From assembly GCF_009914755.1 (NCBI RefSeq), contig NC_060933.1: DNA of 64,000 nt; one strand, written 5' to 3'. Shown piece after piece: positions 13,239 through 28,409 of this stretch. The DNA comes from the human T2T-CHM13v2.0 reference genome, Homo sapiens. The notes under the pieces were generated by a model. The model was not told where the DNA came from. It worked only from the letters and a program-made list of their open reading frames with translations, and ran no database searches. The translations under genes were made by a program, and so were the position numbers. The number at the start of each line of letters is the position of its first letter. The first letter of the stretch is position 1.

Positions 13239-15354
13239 AGGCTAGTGAGCACTACAGTCTAGTGTGGGAAACGGACAACCACACAGAAAAATGACATCCA
13301 TACACGCATTGTGAAACAGTAGACTACTTATGAGCGACATGGGGTTCAGTGATGGAGAACAGCAAGAGGTGGCTTCTAGGACACTCTCAAATTCACTTTC
13401 TTTTTCTTAGGCTGACACTTAAACACCATGTAGTGCCTCTTGAATAGCCACACAAGTTTGTTTATATTATGTCAGCATTGTGAGTTTGCAAACATTTGAC
13501 AAAATTTATTTACTAAAGGTAATATCTAAAATTAGTTGTCCTTTATTTTAAAAGTTAAATATTGCTATAGCCTAATAGTCATGAAATAGAAAAGGATGGC
13601 TTGATAATTATCCAGTGGTAATTATGGAGGACAGTCTTGTCATCATGTTACTAGATGTGTGCAGCACTAAACGTGGGGTGGTGAATAGAAGAACCATATT
13701 ACATCCAGATGGCTTGCATGCATATATAGTGTTTTGTGTTTATGTTACTGCCTTACTAGATGCAGGTACTGAAAGGTATCCACCTACTTTCTGAACAGAG
13801 ATAGTCGTGGTTGTATAAACTGTCAGAAAATGAGTGCATAAACTTTCTGTTTGTAAAGAAGGTAACATTGTAACTATTTCTCATCAGACAGAATATAGTA
13901 TTTATACATAGCATAATTCATTAGTAAGGTATAAATTGTCTTTTTAAATATCTAATGTCTTAAATTATGACTTAACTAAATTCAAAATTATTTATCATAG
14001 TAATCCTTGTTATCAAAATTCAAATAGGTGAGTGTAATATACAAGGTAAGGGTCTGTGGCCCTGTCAAACAAAAACAAAAATAAAAACATGGTGACCTCT
14101 TTGATGGTATTTAGCTTTATTACTTTTCTGTCATCCGTTCATTGTCATGATTATTTTTCCATATTATTGCATCTTCTCAATAGAAATTGCCATCATTTTA
14201 AAGCTTTTTTCCCTTCTAGCTTATGGTGTTTTAAGGATGTTGTGAATGCAGTTTCTGTGTACTACTGAATGAGTGCATGTATAAATCAAAGACTGTAGGG
14301 AATGCCTGCTGGCCTTCACAAGTTCATTTATAAATCAGCTACTGGGTCGGTTATGCTTGGTAACATTAACTTCGTTATGTACTTATGTCAGAGTCGTGAG
14401 GAACCCTAGAGTCACAGTGGGATACAAGAGGAGCACCAGGGGGCTCTATTGGCTGTGATTTTGAAGAAAATGAATTAAATTGATTGATTGAAAAAAGCAA
14501 TAGGAGTGAATTTGATTAGGCATGTATGTACACATTTAAATATATCTTGTACTTTGTATGCTCAACAGCCTGGATGAACACACAGCATACATTATAGCTT
14601 AAGCTCCCTTCCTGTAGCAGTGTTTAATCTAGTTAGCAGTAATTCAAGAAAAAATTATATCCAAATGCATTTGAAGATGAAATGTAGATAAGTTATCCAG
14701 TCTTCTAGTGTTCAGAAACGCAAACTGACCTTTGGACAGTGAATCCATTAATGTTCAGATGAGTTAAGGATAATTGCAATTTTCAGCTTCTGAGATAATC
14801 ACATAATCAGACCGTATGAAGTCAACACTTTATGGTTTCATTTTTAAACAAAGTATGAGCAATGATCTTTTTAATCAGTATGATTTTATTAAAGGAACAA
14901 GAAATCCTATAAATGTTTTCAGCATTTACATTTTCACATAGTAAATTTTTTATAGTCAACATGATAGATTCTGTAAAATAAGATACATTTCTTTGTTCCA
15001 TTAGTAGAGAAAAAAAAAGACATCAGCTGTAATGACTGTCACAACCCTGACTCAGATTTATTTCTTCTTAATTCAGCAGTTCTTCTGGGCATTTAGATTA
15101 TAATACTTAAATGCATTTAGGTAACATGAAAACTTTAAATTGTGTATTTATTTTTAAAATCTCATGTAATTACTCAATTACTAAAAAAAGAAATCAACAT
15201 CAAGAATCAAGTACTAATGTTTTCTGTAATTCATTATGCATGTGAGAATTATCTAGCTAAAATGTTAAATCTCAGACCTATAAATATTTTACAAGATACA
15301 TATAAGCTGTTTATGGACATGATATAGTTGGTTTAAAATTAAAATTTGAGCCAG

Positions 15355-15545
15355 TAATGTCTTGTGGAATCAGGCTTCTTGGGTTTGTATCTTGTGTCCA
15401 CCATGAACTTTATGCAAATTACTTAATCTTTCTGTGCATTGGTTTTCTCATCTGTTATGTGGGGATAATAATTATGCCAACCTCTGAGGATTGAGTTGTT
15501 AAATGCAGTGTACTTAGAATGGTGCTCAGTACTTAGTAAACTGTA
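15355..15545 (+). mobile_element. MIR
   Basis: Core ttacttaatctttctgtgcattggttttctcatctgttatgtggggataataa. Confidence 0.75.
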
Positions 15546-16424
15546 AAGTGATTAAAAAAGTGATTCTTAGCAAGTAGTTTTTAGTAAGCAAATAAAAAAA
15601 TACTAGACAAATGCTTTTAGTAGTATTAATAATTGTTGGAAATATATTCATGGACACATTTTTTATTCAGTTATTAATTCATGCAGTAAATATTTATTGA
15701 CCACTCTGGTTGGGAGTTGCAGTGATGCAGGATAAGCACAATCTTTGTCCTCTTACAGGAAGCCCAGAGGCTGACATTATGAAATAATGATACAACTAAT
15801 TATGACCAGTAGTATCGTGCCTCATATTCATGGCATTGAGTTGTTTGTGGTAGGGGAGCTGACCTAGTCTATGGGCATTTAAGGTGAAATATGAAGCATG
15901 TTAGCTAGATAAATACAGTTGGTGCAACAAGGTAACAATACAGAGAAAGATTCAGGATGTAGCAGAGGGGTAACAGTGGAGAGACAGGACATCTGAGTTG
16001 ATACTGATGGTTTCATTGCTGTTTAAATTTATGAGATCCATTCCTTCTCTTGCAATGTGTCCTGTCATGTGTCTTCCGCACATTCTTCCAGAGAAGCATC
16101 ATTTTCCTGCCTCTCAGTCTTCTTAGACTACCTCAAGGCCCCTAACAGCTATCTATATGTTTTTCTACTTGATGGTGTTTCTGCCACCCTGACAGTTCCC
16201 TCTCACATTTCATTTTTAATCCTTCTGTTTCTTGCTATCACTTTTTTAGCTATTCCTAGATTAACTATTCAGTGCAGAGGAGTATTTGAATGTTTGAAAA
16301 ATGGTTAGAAAGCAGCTTCATTTGCAAGCTGTTGGAGCTAATAATTTTGACTGTTAGAAAGCTAAGAACATAACTCTGATGTTAATATTTTACTATTATT
16401 ATTTTTCTGTAATCTTTGCTTTCT

Positions 16425-17358
<934 letters not shown>

Positions 17359-17785
17359 TTACACCCATTTACATTTTTTATTCTTAAACTTCTCTTTCTT
17401 GAATGCGAAAGTTTAGAAAAATGGAAATTTCCAGGAGGGTGCTTTATAATGGCTTTGTTTCCCATTACTCTTTCTTGCATGTTATTTATTTTTAATGAGA
17501 GAAAAATTATATGTAGGAAATAAAAGAGAAACGTGGCTCTGGCTGTGTAAGCATAGGAAGCCTTGAGCTTAACACAAGGCAAATTGCAAAGAAAAAAAAA
17601 GTCTAAAACCACATATCAATTTTATGTTCTCTAATACATGATATATATATATATATTTGGATATATTAGGTATATTTATGACTAAATTATAAATTTATAT
17701 ATAGAGAGATATATATGACTAAATTATATAAAGTGAGGACAGTAGTGCTAATTGATATTATGTGACATTTATCTCCAGAACACAA

Positions 17786-18283
17786 GTTTGTTAGGGTTCT
17801 CCAGACTAACAATACCAGCAGGATATGTGTGTGTGTATATATGTGTGTCTGTTTATGGATATGTCAGCATACTTAATTATGGAAGCTGAGAAACCTCAAG
17901 ACTCTGCAGTCAATAAGTTGAATACTCAGAACTGATGATGTACTTTTCTGTCTGAGAGCTGGCATTCTTGAGACCCAAGCAAAACCTGTGTTTCAGGTGT
18001 GGTCTGAAGGCAGAAGCAAACTGATGTTCCAGTTCATGCAGTCAGACAAACAGGTCCTACTCCAGGGAGAGGCAGGGTCTCATTCCAAGGCCCTTTCAGC
18101 TTGTTAGATGGAGCCTACCCACTTGAGGGAGAGACATCTGCTTTACTCACTCTACTGATTCACAGTAATCGGATTATCCAAGTATCTAGAAACACCCTTA
18201 CAGAAACACTCAGAATAATATCTTACTACATTTCTGGGTACCTCATGTTCCAGTCAAATTGACACATAAAATTAACCATCACA
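17786..18283 (-). mobile_element. MLT2 (ERVL) solo LTR
   Basis: Ends ccagtcaaattgacacataaaattaaccatcaca, the reverse complement of the MLT2 5' end; other end ttagggttctccaga plus TG/TA tract. Confidence 0.8.
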
Positions 18284-18521
18284 ATAAGTTTGGTTTAACA
18301 TTTAAAAGTCTATCAGTTTCATACACCATGTTAACAGAATAAAGGATAAAAAGCATATGACCATTTTATTAAATGCAGAGAAAGCAGCATGCTTTTTTTA
18401 TTAAAAACTTTCAGAGTTAACTTTGCATTTAGATGGAAGTAAGTCTGAAAAACCTAAAGCAAATACCATACTAAATGGTGAAAATTTAGACACCTTAAGA
18501 TTAAGATTTGGAACAAAGTAA

Positions 18522-18819
<298 letters not shown>

Positions 18820-19448
18820 TCACTCTTAATACTTTTATGTAACATTTTACTGAAGGCCACAGCCACTGCAGTAAGCCAAGGCATGAAGATCAGAAACAAA
18901 TAAGTAAAAATATCTCTGTTTGTAGATATGATTGTTTATGAAGAATAAATCTGTATGTAGATCTAGTTCTTGGTTTACGTCTAGATCTTCCTTAATAGAA
19001 GAGTTAATCCACATCAGATCCATATTTATATATGGTATTTAGTTTTTTGTCAAAGGCATCCAACCATCCAGTAGGGAAAAAAAGTCTTCATTATTTAGGA
19101 CAAAATAAACCTTGAACCTCACCATACACAACTACTAATTCAAGATTTATCTTAGACCTGACAGAGAAAATTAATATAGGAAGCTATTAGATGAAAATAT
19201 AGGGGACAGAGCTATCTTTATAACTTGAGGATAGGCAAAGACTGCTTAAATCACAGAATGCAATAATCATAAAAAAATTGATGATTTAGGGTCTCGTTAA
19301 AGTTAAAAACTGCTGCTCACCAAATATATCACTAAAAAATTGAATTAGCAAGACCCAGAGGAGGATAAAACATTTGCAAAACGTGTCTGATAAGGACTGG
19401 TAGTTGGGACATACAAAGAACCTGAAAAACTCAATCATGAAGTGACTA

Positions 19449-19790
<342 letters not shown>

Positions 19791-20546
19791 TTGTACAGAC
19801 TCTTGAGAAAGGAAGATATGCAAGATTAAAACGTTCACAGAAAGACTTGCACATGAATGTACAGTTGTTCCTAGTAAGTCTGGGTGCAAAAGGAACTAGG
19901 CTGTGAAATTGTTGGAAGGACTGGAGGAGTAAAACGGGCTTGTAGGGAAGATGCTGTTATCTGGAGATCATGACAGGCAGGGGGCTCACCTGCACCTGTA
20001 TGCCTTCTGTTGCAATCTCTTTTTACTTTCTCTGCCTTATAATCTCTGTAAGTTTTCTCAATATGAGAACCATACCAGAGCCCTATTATCCTCGAGTTCA
20101 GAGTTCAGAAGATCCGGGATGATACACATTATTAGTACTCCATATCCTGGATTCTCATTATATTGTGAGTTTTTAGCAGTACAGATACTGATGCCAAAAA
20201 GATATGAGGCTGTGTCTTTACCACTTGCATATTCTATGGCTTTTCATAAGTAAATGGTTCTTTGATTCCAACATTAGTAAAGTAGGGATATTAATAGTTT
20301 CTCATGGGATACGAAGATTAATTGAGACAATATCTATAATGACTGAATGAGAAAATGCTTTACATTTATCATTGTACCTGGTACTTAGTATGCACACAGT
20401 AAGTGGTAGATGTTTGCTATCACTATCAGCGTGAATTTTTAAAAATTATGATCTATTAATTATGTTTTAAAATTTTTCAAAAGTAAGAACTAAGATAGGC
20501 CTCCTTCACCTTATGAACTTAGAAAACTAAACATGAATGAACAATG

Positions 20547-20665
20547 CCCTGGGTGCACTCATGCCTATAATCCTAGCATTTTGGGAGGCTGAAGTGGGAG
20601 ATTCACTTGAGATCAGGATTTTGAGACCAGCCTGGGTAACATAGTTCAGTCCCTGTCTCTACAAA
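20547..20665 (+). mobile_element. FLAM/AluJ left monomer
   Basis: catgcctataatcctagcattttgggaggctga...gagaccagcctggg...tctctacaaaa. Confidence 0.8.
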
Positions 20666-21286
20666 AGTTATTTTTAATAAATGAAGAAATGCCATCAATT
20701 ACTTGCCATTGAGGAAAGGAGACCAAGATTACCATTTATGTGTATGCTGGGTAGTTCTTGGTGAAGCAGTTTTTTATGCAGCCTCTGTTGTAGGAACTTT
20801 GTGTTCTGCTTAGTCAGGTCTTCTCAGAGAGAGGACGTCTGCTCTCTCTGATGTTGCTGTGGTTAAACAATAATTAAGTTAAACTGTTTCCACATATTTT
20901 ATGGTTTCATAAAGAATGTAAAAGAAAAAGTAGTTGAATTCTGCCCTTCTGAGTTATAAGTTTACTTTGTTGGAACTGCTAGAATAATTCCAAAGTGAGG
21001 GTTCGTTGAAAATAGGCTTCCAAAAACCTTTGTAGTTCAATGCCAGTTACTTAACATTATCTTTGGACCTATGTTATTCATTTTCAGGTACTTCATAATT
21101 TTATATCTCTGTGGTTATTGGATGTCATATTTTTGACATTTTATTAAAATTACTGTTTGGATCTATGTATTAAAGTGAGATGGTATTTTATATTGGGCTT
21201 TTACAATAATCTGTTTTAGTTTGAGTGTTTAAAATTTTTATATTGGTTCTGGGATATTGGAATATGTAACTTCTGTTGGGTTAATT

Positions 21287-21618
<332 letters not shown>

Positions 21619-22199
21619 TAATGCTATAGAGCCAGAATTGCATTTTTATATGTATAAACTTTTCATATTAAGGCCTTTTTGTATGTTCTGATTGACATTT
21701 AAAATCTTGGCTGGTTTAAACAGCAATCTAAAAATCAAGCCTCCACATTAAGAACATAGGGTTTTTTTTATCTGCTGATAGGCTTGATATTCCAAGCATA
21801 TTAACTGACTTGAATTGTTTTGAACACATGTAAAAATGGAAATGTAAACAGTCTCTTTTGGCAGATCCTTATATATACTGTTCCATTACTGATTGTCTTA
21901 TTCGTTTAACTTTTACATCCGTGCCTGGATCACATCACATGACTGTCTTACCTGATAACGCATTCCATCCCATGCTGACTATAAAATCATTTTTTCATAT
22001 GTCAAATACAAATTGTTACGCTCTGGTTTCAACCGTAGATGCATTTCCAGTCTGGAGGACCGTTTTTATTTAAAATTTTTTTTCTATGTTCAGAGGTGAT
22101 TTTAACATTTCTTTTGAGTGTTATATACTTAGAGATTAATATTAAGTGCATCGATTCTGCCTAAGCTGGTCCTATGGGTAAGCATTCTCTGGATGCAGG

Positions 22200-22450
22200 A
22201 CTACCTACTTGACATTTCTTGTCATACTTTCTGCTCTGTTGATTTCTTTCTCAGGCAGTTGTTTCCCATGTTGTGGCAGAGATGACTGTTAGCTTCTGTA
22301 GGATAACGAGCTACCGACACATTCCCACTGTACCTCATTGGTGTTGCTTGGGCCATGTGCACATCTCTGAACCAATCACTGTTGCCATTGGGGTGGAATG
22401 TTTGGCCAGTCTAGCTTCCCTAAATTACATGCCTGAGTTTGGGGGACAAT
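22200..22450. mobile_element. MLT1 (MaLR) LTR fragment
   Basis: cattggtgttgcttgggccatgtgcacatctctgaaccaatcactgttgcc resembles MLT1J/K (recall). Confidence 0.55.
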
Positions 22451-24494
22451 CAAGGTGCTCTTTTTAGTCAGAAAGCATCCTAACGAAGAGAAATCTTAGG
22501 AACAAATCATGCGGTGCAATTTTGTCATTTAATTCAGCCACATCAGTTCCAGTAAAATTTTTTAAAAAGATTAAATAATGAGTAATGGTTTCTTATGAAT
22601 AAAATAGCCCTGTTAAGTTTCCCAAAACTTAACCAGTGATGAACATTGAAAACTTTTTATACTTCTGCCCTCCCTCTTGTAGTTTACTTACTTATGAACC
22701 TTGGTCACTGTAATTGTACCTGTTGGGACACATTAGGCACCAAAATATTTGTAGAGTGAATGCTTCATAGCTGGTTACTGTGGACATATTGCTGTAGCAC
22801 AAGTATTAAATTTGAACCAAAGATGGATGTAATTTAATATTTGATTAAAGTGCTGGACTTCCTGTTAGTTTTCTTTCCAATATACATTTCATAGAGAGGG
22901 GAAATTAGAGCTTGTGGTGGCATAGGCTTCATGATTTTGCACTGTGAAGGAAAGGCTTGTAATTTAGTCTTGGGCCAGAGATTATATGGATCAGGTGTGA
23001 TAACTTTGTGGCTAAAATGACTTAGAATAGTTGAGAAGCCATTTTCAACTTATGTCCTGTTCTTGGACAAAGGGAAAGAGAAAGTATGAGCAGAATTGGT
23101 ATGTGATAATTGTTTATTGCTATTTAAAAAACAGTATTCCCACCCCCCGCCCCTGACCCCCACCCCGGTCTCACCCCCAGGGTACCTCCTCTTAGGAACA
23201 ACTCATGGAATGTAGGATGAACCAAAACCGAAATGATGCACTCATACACTAACCCCATCATTCCCTCGGCTCTACCGTCTTCTCCCTTTTAATTTGGTCT
23301 TTCAGACCCCATGAGGAAAGGGTTTTGCATTTTGATTTAATGGATAGCTGCTGCAGCTTATATTTATGCACTGGTGATGACAGCGCATTCCTTTTTTTTA
23401 AAAAGAAAAGATTTAAAAAAATTTTTGTGCCAGTGGATGGATTGTAATAGGCAGCCACATCTGAAGAAATAAGTGAAACTATAGCCATGTAGTGATTTCT
23501 TATTACACATATAGATGAGTAATCTTTGCTGTGATTATTATATAAGTTATACAAATGTGGAGCTTTTTTTTGGCTCTAGAAATATGGATGGATAGTTGGA
23601 ATTGTTTTAAAGTGGTCTTTACTGCTTGGCAGAACATGGGGCTGATTTCAGCTGCATTTATGATTCCTTTTTGGATTTATTCCAGTTTGGATTTAAATAT
23701 ATTAAAAGTGCCTGTGAATATGAGGAAATGTAGATCATTAAAACTGCATTTATTATGTAGCCTGTTTTAAAATTTGGACTGATCAATGAATCTCTGTAGA
23801 GTAAAAATACACCTGATCGTACCAAATCACTTTCTAGATTTTATCAGCGGTCTGTGCCCCTCGGGTAGTCAAGGAATTCTTTTGTCCAGAGCTTGTTAAT
23901 GATTCATTACATCAATGATGATTCTACATTTTATTTGAATTAACCAATTTCTTAACAAGTGTATGCATAGTTAGAAATCTGTATTGTAGTTTGTAGATGA
24001 ATGTCATTTCCTGGGCAAAGAAAGCTCCTTAATATTTATGACATGTTTCATATTAATTAAGGCAGACTTCCCCCATGTAGTAATGCAATACTTTAAGGTT
24101 ATCTAATCAAGGGTTCTACACAATGATCAGGTAATTTAATTTTAAAATAACTTACATAAATAGAAATGAGGGAAGTTATTGAATAATTCAAATATGGTGA
24201 GTCAACATTCGATTTTAATTTTCATTTTTGACTTGTTTCTAACATTGCTGGCATTACTCTAGTGGGCTAGCCATCATTCAACTAATATTTATGGAGCATA
24301 TACTATGTACTGATGACAGATATTCAGTGGTAAAACAGACCTGATGCCTGTCTTCACCGAGTGTAGGTTTTAGTGTTGAAAACAACTGAGAACTAAAAAA
24401 ATACACAAAATATGATTACACGTGGCAAGTGATTTGAAGGGAAAATAACAATGGGTACGAAATAAAACACCTTTGGTTTAAGATAAATATAGAA

Positions 24495-24690
24495 AGATCA
24501 AGAGAGTGAGAGATCAAGAGAGAGACCTTGATCTCTTACTCACTCCATCTATTTAGGGGGGAGCCATTTCCTATTTTGTGAAAATAGGGGTGTGTGTGTG
24601 TGTGTATATATATATACACACATATGTATATAAATATCTGTGTATGTGAAAATAGAAAAAGAAAACACACACACACCTATTTTCTCTACC
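24495..24690. repeat. Cluster of inverted repeats with (TG)/(TA)/(CA) microsatellite
   Basis: 15-bp stem 24504-18/24527-41; 8-bp stem 24570-77/24581-88; gaaaatagg-(tg)n versus (ca)n-cctattttc. Confidence 0.75.
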
Positions 24691-25561
24691 TAATGGTAAT
24701 GCATTTCCATATGATTATATTTTCTCCCATAAAATCAGTTTACATGGTTATACCATAATTTTTTAAAGGAGTATTAGAAAATTTTTTTCTAATTTTAAGA
24801 TATTTGGTAAACACAGATGAGCTGTGCGTTGTTAAAATTAAGTTGGTGTATTAATTCAAAATTATCTGCTTAGGAAAATGCCACCAGTTGTGGTCATAGG
24901 TTATTCATATTTTAAAAGACTGTTAAATATTTTAAACATTCTGGTATGTGTTGCCAAATTGTTGCCATGCTTTATTCTTACCATGTCACAGACTGGTTTA
25001 ATGCAGCTTTGTTTTGCTATTCATGAGTTTCATGTTAGGCAGCTAATGGTAACAGTCATGGGAGTTAGTTCTGCGTGTTGGATACCTGTTGGGTTTAAAC
25101 TGATTTAAATCCAGTTCTTCTCATTTTGATTTATTAGAATAATAATGAATCTTCTTTCAAGAAATGTTTCCCCATATTCTTCCTGATTGATTATGTTTAA
25201 ATTTGGCTAGAGAGAAATTGTAAGAACACTGAAATCCATTGTGTGTTTTTCTATCTTCTGTTTGCTTTTTTTCTGATTCGAGTTTAATACATCTGTCTTT
25301 TGTCCACTTTAAATCATTTCATGAAACTAATAACAGAGAAAATATAATAGTGGGGCCAGACATAGTCTCATACTTGAGAGGGAAGGCAGGGATTGCTAGG
25401 TAAAGTGAATCTGAGATGGTGAATTATTTACTTATAGTACTACTGTTTTTACGGAGAAGTTTGGCTGAAAAAGTATGTTTTGTCATTGAATTGTCAAACT
25501 TTTATTTCAAAAACATGAGTTGTTTTCATTTTCTTATTTAGTGTTAAATTTCTGCTGCTGC

Positions 25562-25693
25562 TTTTTTTCTCCCCAGATATGGGGTCTTGCTGTGTTGCCC
25601 AGGCTGCTCTTGAACTTCTGGCCTCAAGCAATCTTCCTGTGTCAGCCTTCCGAAGTGCTAGGATTACAGGCGTGAGCCCCACTGCACCCAGCC
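25562..25693 (-). mobile_element. FLAM/Alu left monomer
   Basis: ggggtcttgctgtgttgcccaggctg...ggattacaggcgtgagcc. Confidence 0.85.
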
Positions 25694-26709
25694 CCTGACC
25701 ATATTGTTAACATTAGAAAATCAAATAGACTAAAAGCATTACTCTCTTGGTCTAGTTAGCTTTCTTTAGGTATTTTCCCACTTTAGAAACAATGTCAAAG
25801 AGTTTTCACGTGGCAGGAGACATGTAATCAGAGTACATGGAGTGCAGGTTATTGTTTTTGACATGGCTGCTAAATAAATCAAGGTTTCATTTTTTCCAGA
25901 GACTCACACTCAAAATTAGTATGACATATAGCATTTAAAAATATGGTAACCTAGAATTTATTTGAAAATTGTTATTTTTGTTTCTCTCAAGTGAGAGCAC
26001 CCTTGATATACTATTTAGAGCTTCTATTCTGGGAATTTTATTATGCATGCATAGCTAGTTTTAAAATTTTTCTCCTTATTGATTTGTTAATCAATCCTCA
26101 TCCCTTCCCTTCTTTTAAAACATTATTTCCTCATTAATATTTACCTACATTCATACTGCTGTTTGACTTGTGCAGAAAAGATGGAGGAGGACAGGAGATG
26201 CTGTGTTTATCTCATATTCAGCAGAAGTAGAAAAAGGTAAATGTCTTCAACATCGGTCAGACGGTACTTACTGTGGCCAGCATTGTGAAACCTGTGAGAC
26301 AGCTAGTTCTGTATTCAGACCCTTCAATTACTCATTATGTTCCTGTGTACTCAGTGGTTACGAAATTGAAAAACCCAAAGAGGCTGGTGGGCAGGATACT
26401 GAATCTCACATCACTTAAACCCCCTTTTCCCCCAGTTACTATCCTTGTGACATCCAACAAGTCAGTTAGCATTTTTGTGCCTCAGTTTCTTATCCATAAA
26501 TTAGGATATGATGATTCAAGTGGATGACTTACTTCCTAAGGTTCAGGATGCGTTCTAATTGTGTTAACTTCGTCATTGAAAAAGAAATACCTGAAAGACT
26601 CTCTAACAAGGAAATCAGTATACCTGAACATTTTAATAAAAACATTTTAGGAGAAGGATTATATATAACGTTATATTCAACAATATGCATCCATGCTATT
26701 TCTGTCTGC

Positions 26710-27006
26710 TTTTTTGTCTTTCTTTTGAGACGGAGTCTTACTCTGTCGTCCAGGCTGGAGTGCAGTTGTGCGACCGCGGCTCACTGCAACCTACGCCTCT
26801 TGGGTTCAAGCAGTTCTCCTGCCTGTTTCCCGAGTAGCTGAGATTACAGGCATGTGCCACCATGCCTGAGTAATTTTTGTATTTTTAGTAGAGACGGAGT
26901 TTCACCATGATGGCCAGGCTGGTCTCAAACTCCTGACCTCAGGTGCTCTGCCCGCCTCGGCCTCTGAAAGTGCTGGGATTCCAGGCGTGACCCACCGCAC
27001 CCTGCC
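26710..27006 (-). mobile_element. AluS
   Basis: Full dimer; TSD tgtctg(c)tttt. Confidence 0.92.
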
Positions 27007-28111
27007 TGTCTGTTTTCATATGTGATCATATAGACTCATACAAATATTTATGTTTACAAGGAATTTAGATCTCTAAGAGTGTGCAGAGCCCTATTTTTAT
27101 CTGATCTTCCTCAGATTTATCATCCATATAAACTGTGACATGGAGTGCATGAATTCAGAACAAAACAACTTTATCTACCCCCGAATACTAAAGAGTTCAA
27201 TTTCATGCTGTTTTACATGGCACAGCAGGAGTGGATTGTTTAATATCTGTAACTCTGAACTTCCACAACCTTTCTATCAGATATTCAGGTAAGTGCTGAG
27301 AAGCAGAAATTCTAAAAATAATTTCTACTGAATCTTTTGGAGACCCCGGAGCAAACTATTTGAATCCATTCCCCTTCTTTTTGCATAGTTTTTCTTTGTC
27401 TATTTGAACAGTGCTCTCATGGGTCAGAAAGATTGAGTTTCTAGTCCCATACCTTAAATTGCTTTATAATTGCCTTACTTTATAAGGGAGACATATCCTG
27501 GCACAGTGAAGCCTGCAAATATTCCAGAGAAATTAATCTGAACCTATTAGAAGTGGGAGGAGGGAAAGAAACTTATTTTGGAAAATTGTTAGCTAGGCTG
27601 GTTAAACTCTATCAACACAGCATGATATCATGCATAGAAAGCAAATATAATGAGTCCCGGACATTTATTTGCAGCTACAATTTCAGTTTGGTTATGGGTC
27701 ATAGATAAAGAAGATTGAGATGGAAAAATGTGGCCATTTAAATGATAAAGCATGTTATATGTATTGAATGTGGTTTTGTTTTGGAATTTCCACAGTAGAT
27801 TGGGTAAGAGTGTAGAAGTGCTAGATTTGAATCTAGCAAAGTCTCTGTTACTTATTAGGTATGTGACCTTGGACTAATTAATGTGAGTCCTCTGCGCCTG
27901 TCTCTGTTTCTTCATATATTTTTTTAAGGTTATTTAACAAACATTTTTAAGGGACACTTATTCTCTAGGCACCTAGAATATACTTCTGTATAAGACAGAC
28001 ACTGTGTGTAGCTCATGGTTAAGTATAGAGTGGTGTAGGAAGGTCAGATGGGGCAAAGTATCTGAGATAATTCACAGTAATGGTTCATTAAAATTAGAAT
28101 AAGAAATTCAG

Positions 28112-28409
<298 letters not shown>

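Noticed and set aside
13411-13479. Another stop-containing pseudo-exon (tttcttag...ATT|GTGAGT)
   Set aside because: Weak exonic donor positions and no extra support; illustrates the chance background of such motifs.
21070-21093. ttttcag|gtactt recursive-like site (also ggacag|gtgact at 40600)
   Set aside because: Regenerated donors are poor matches to consensus.
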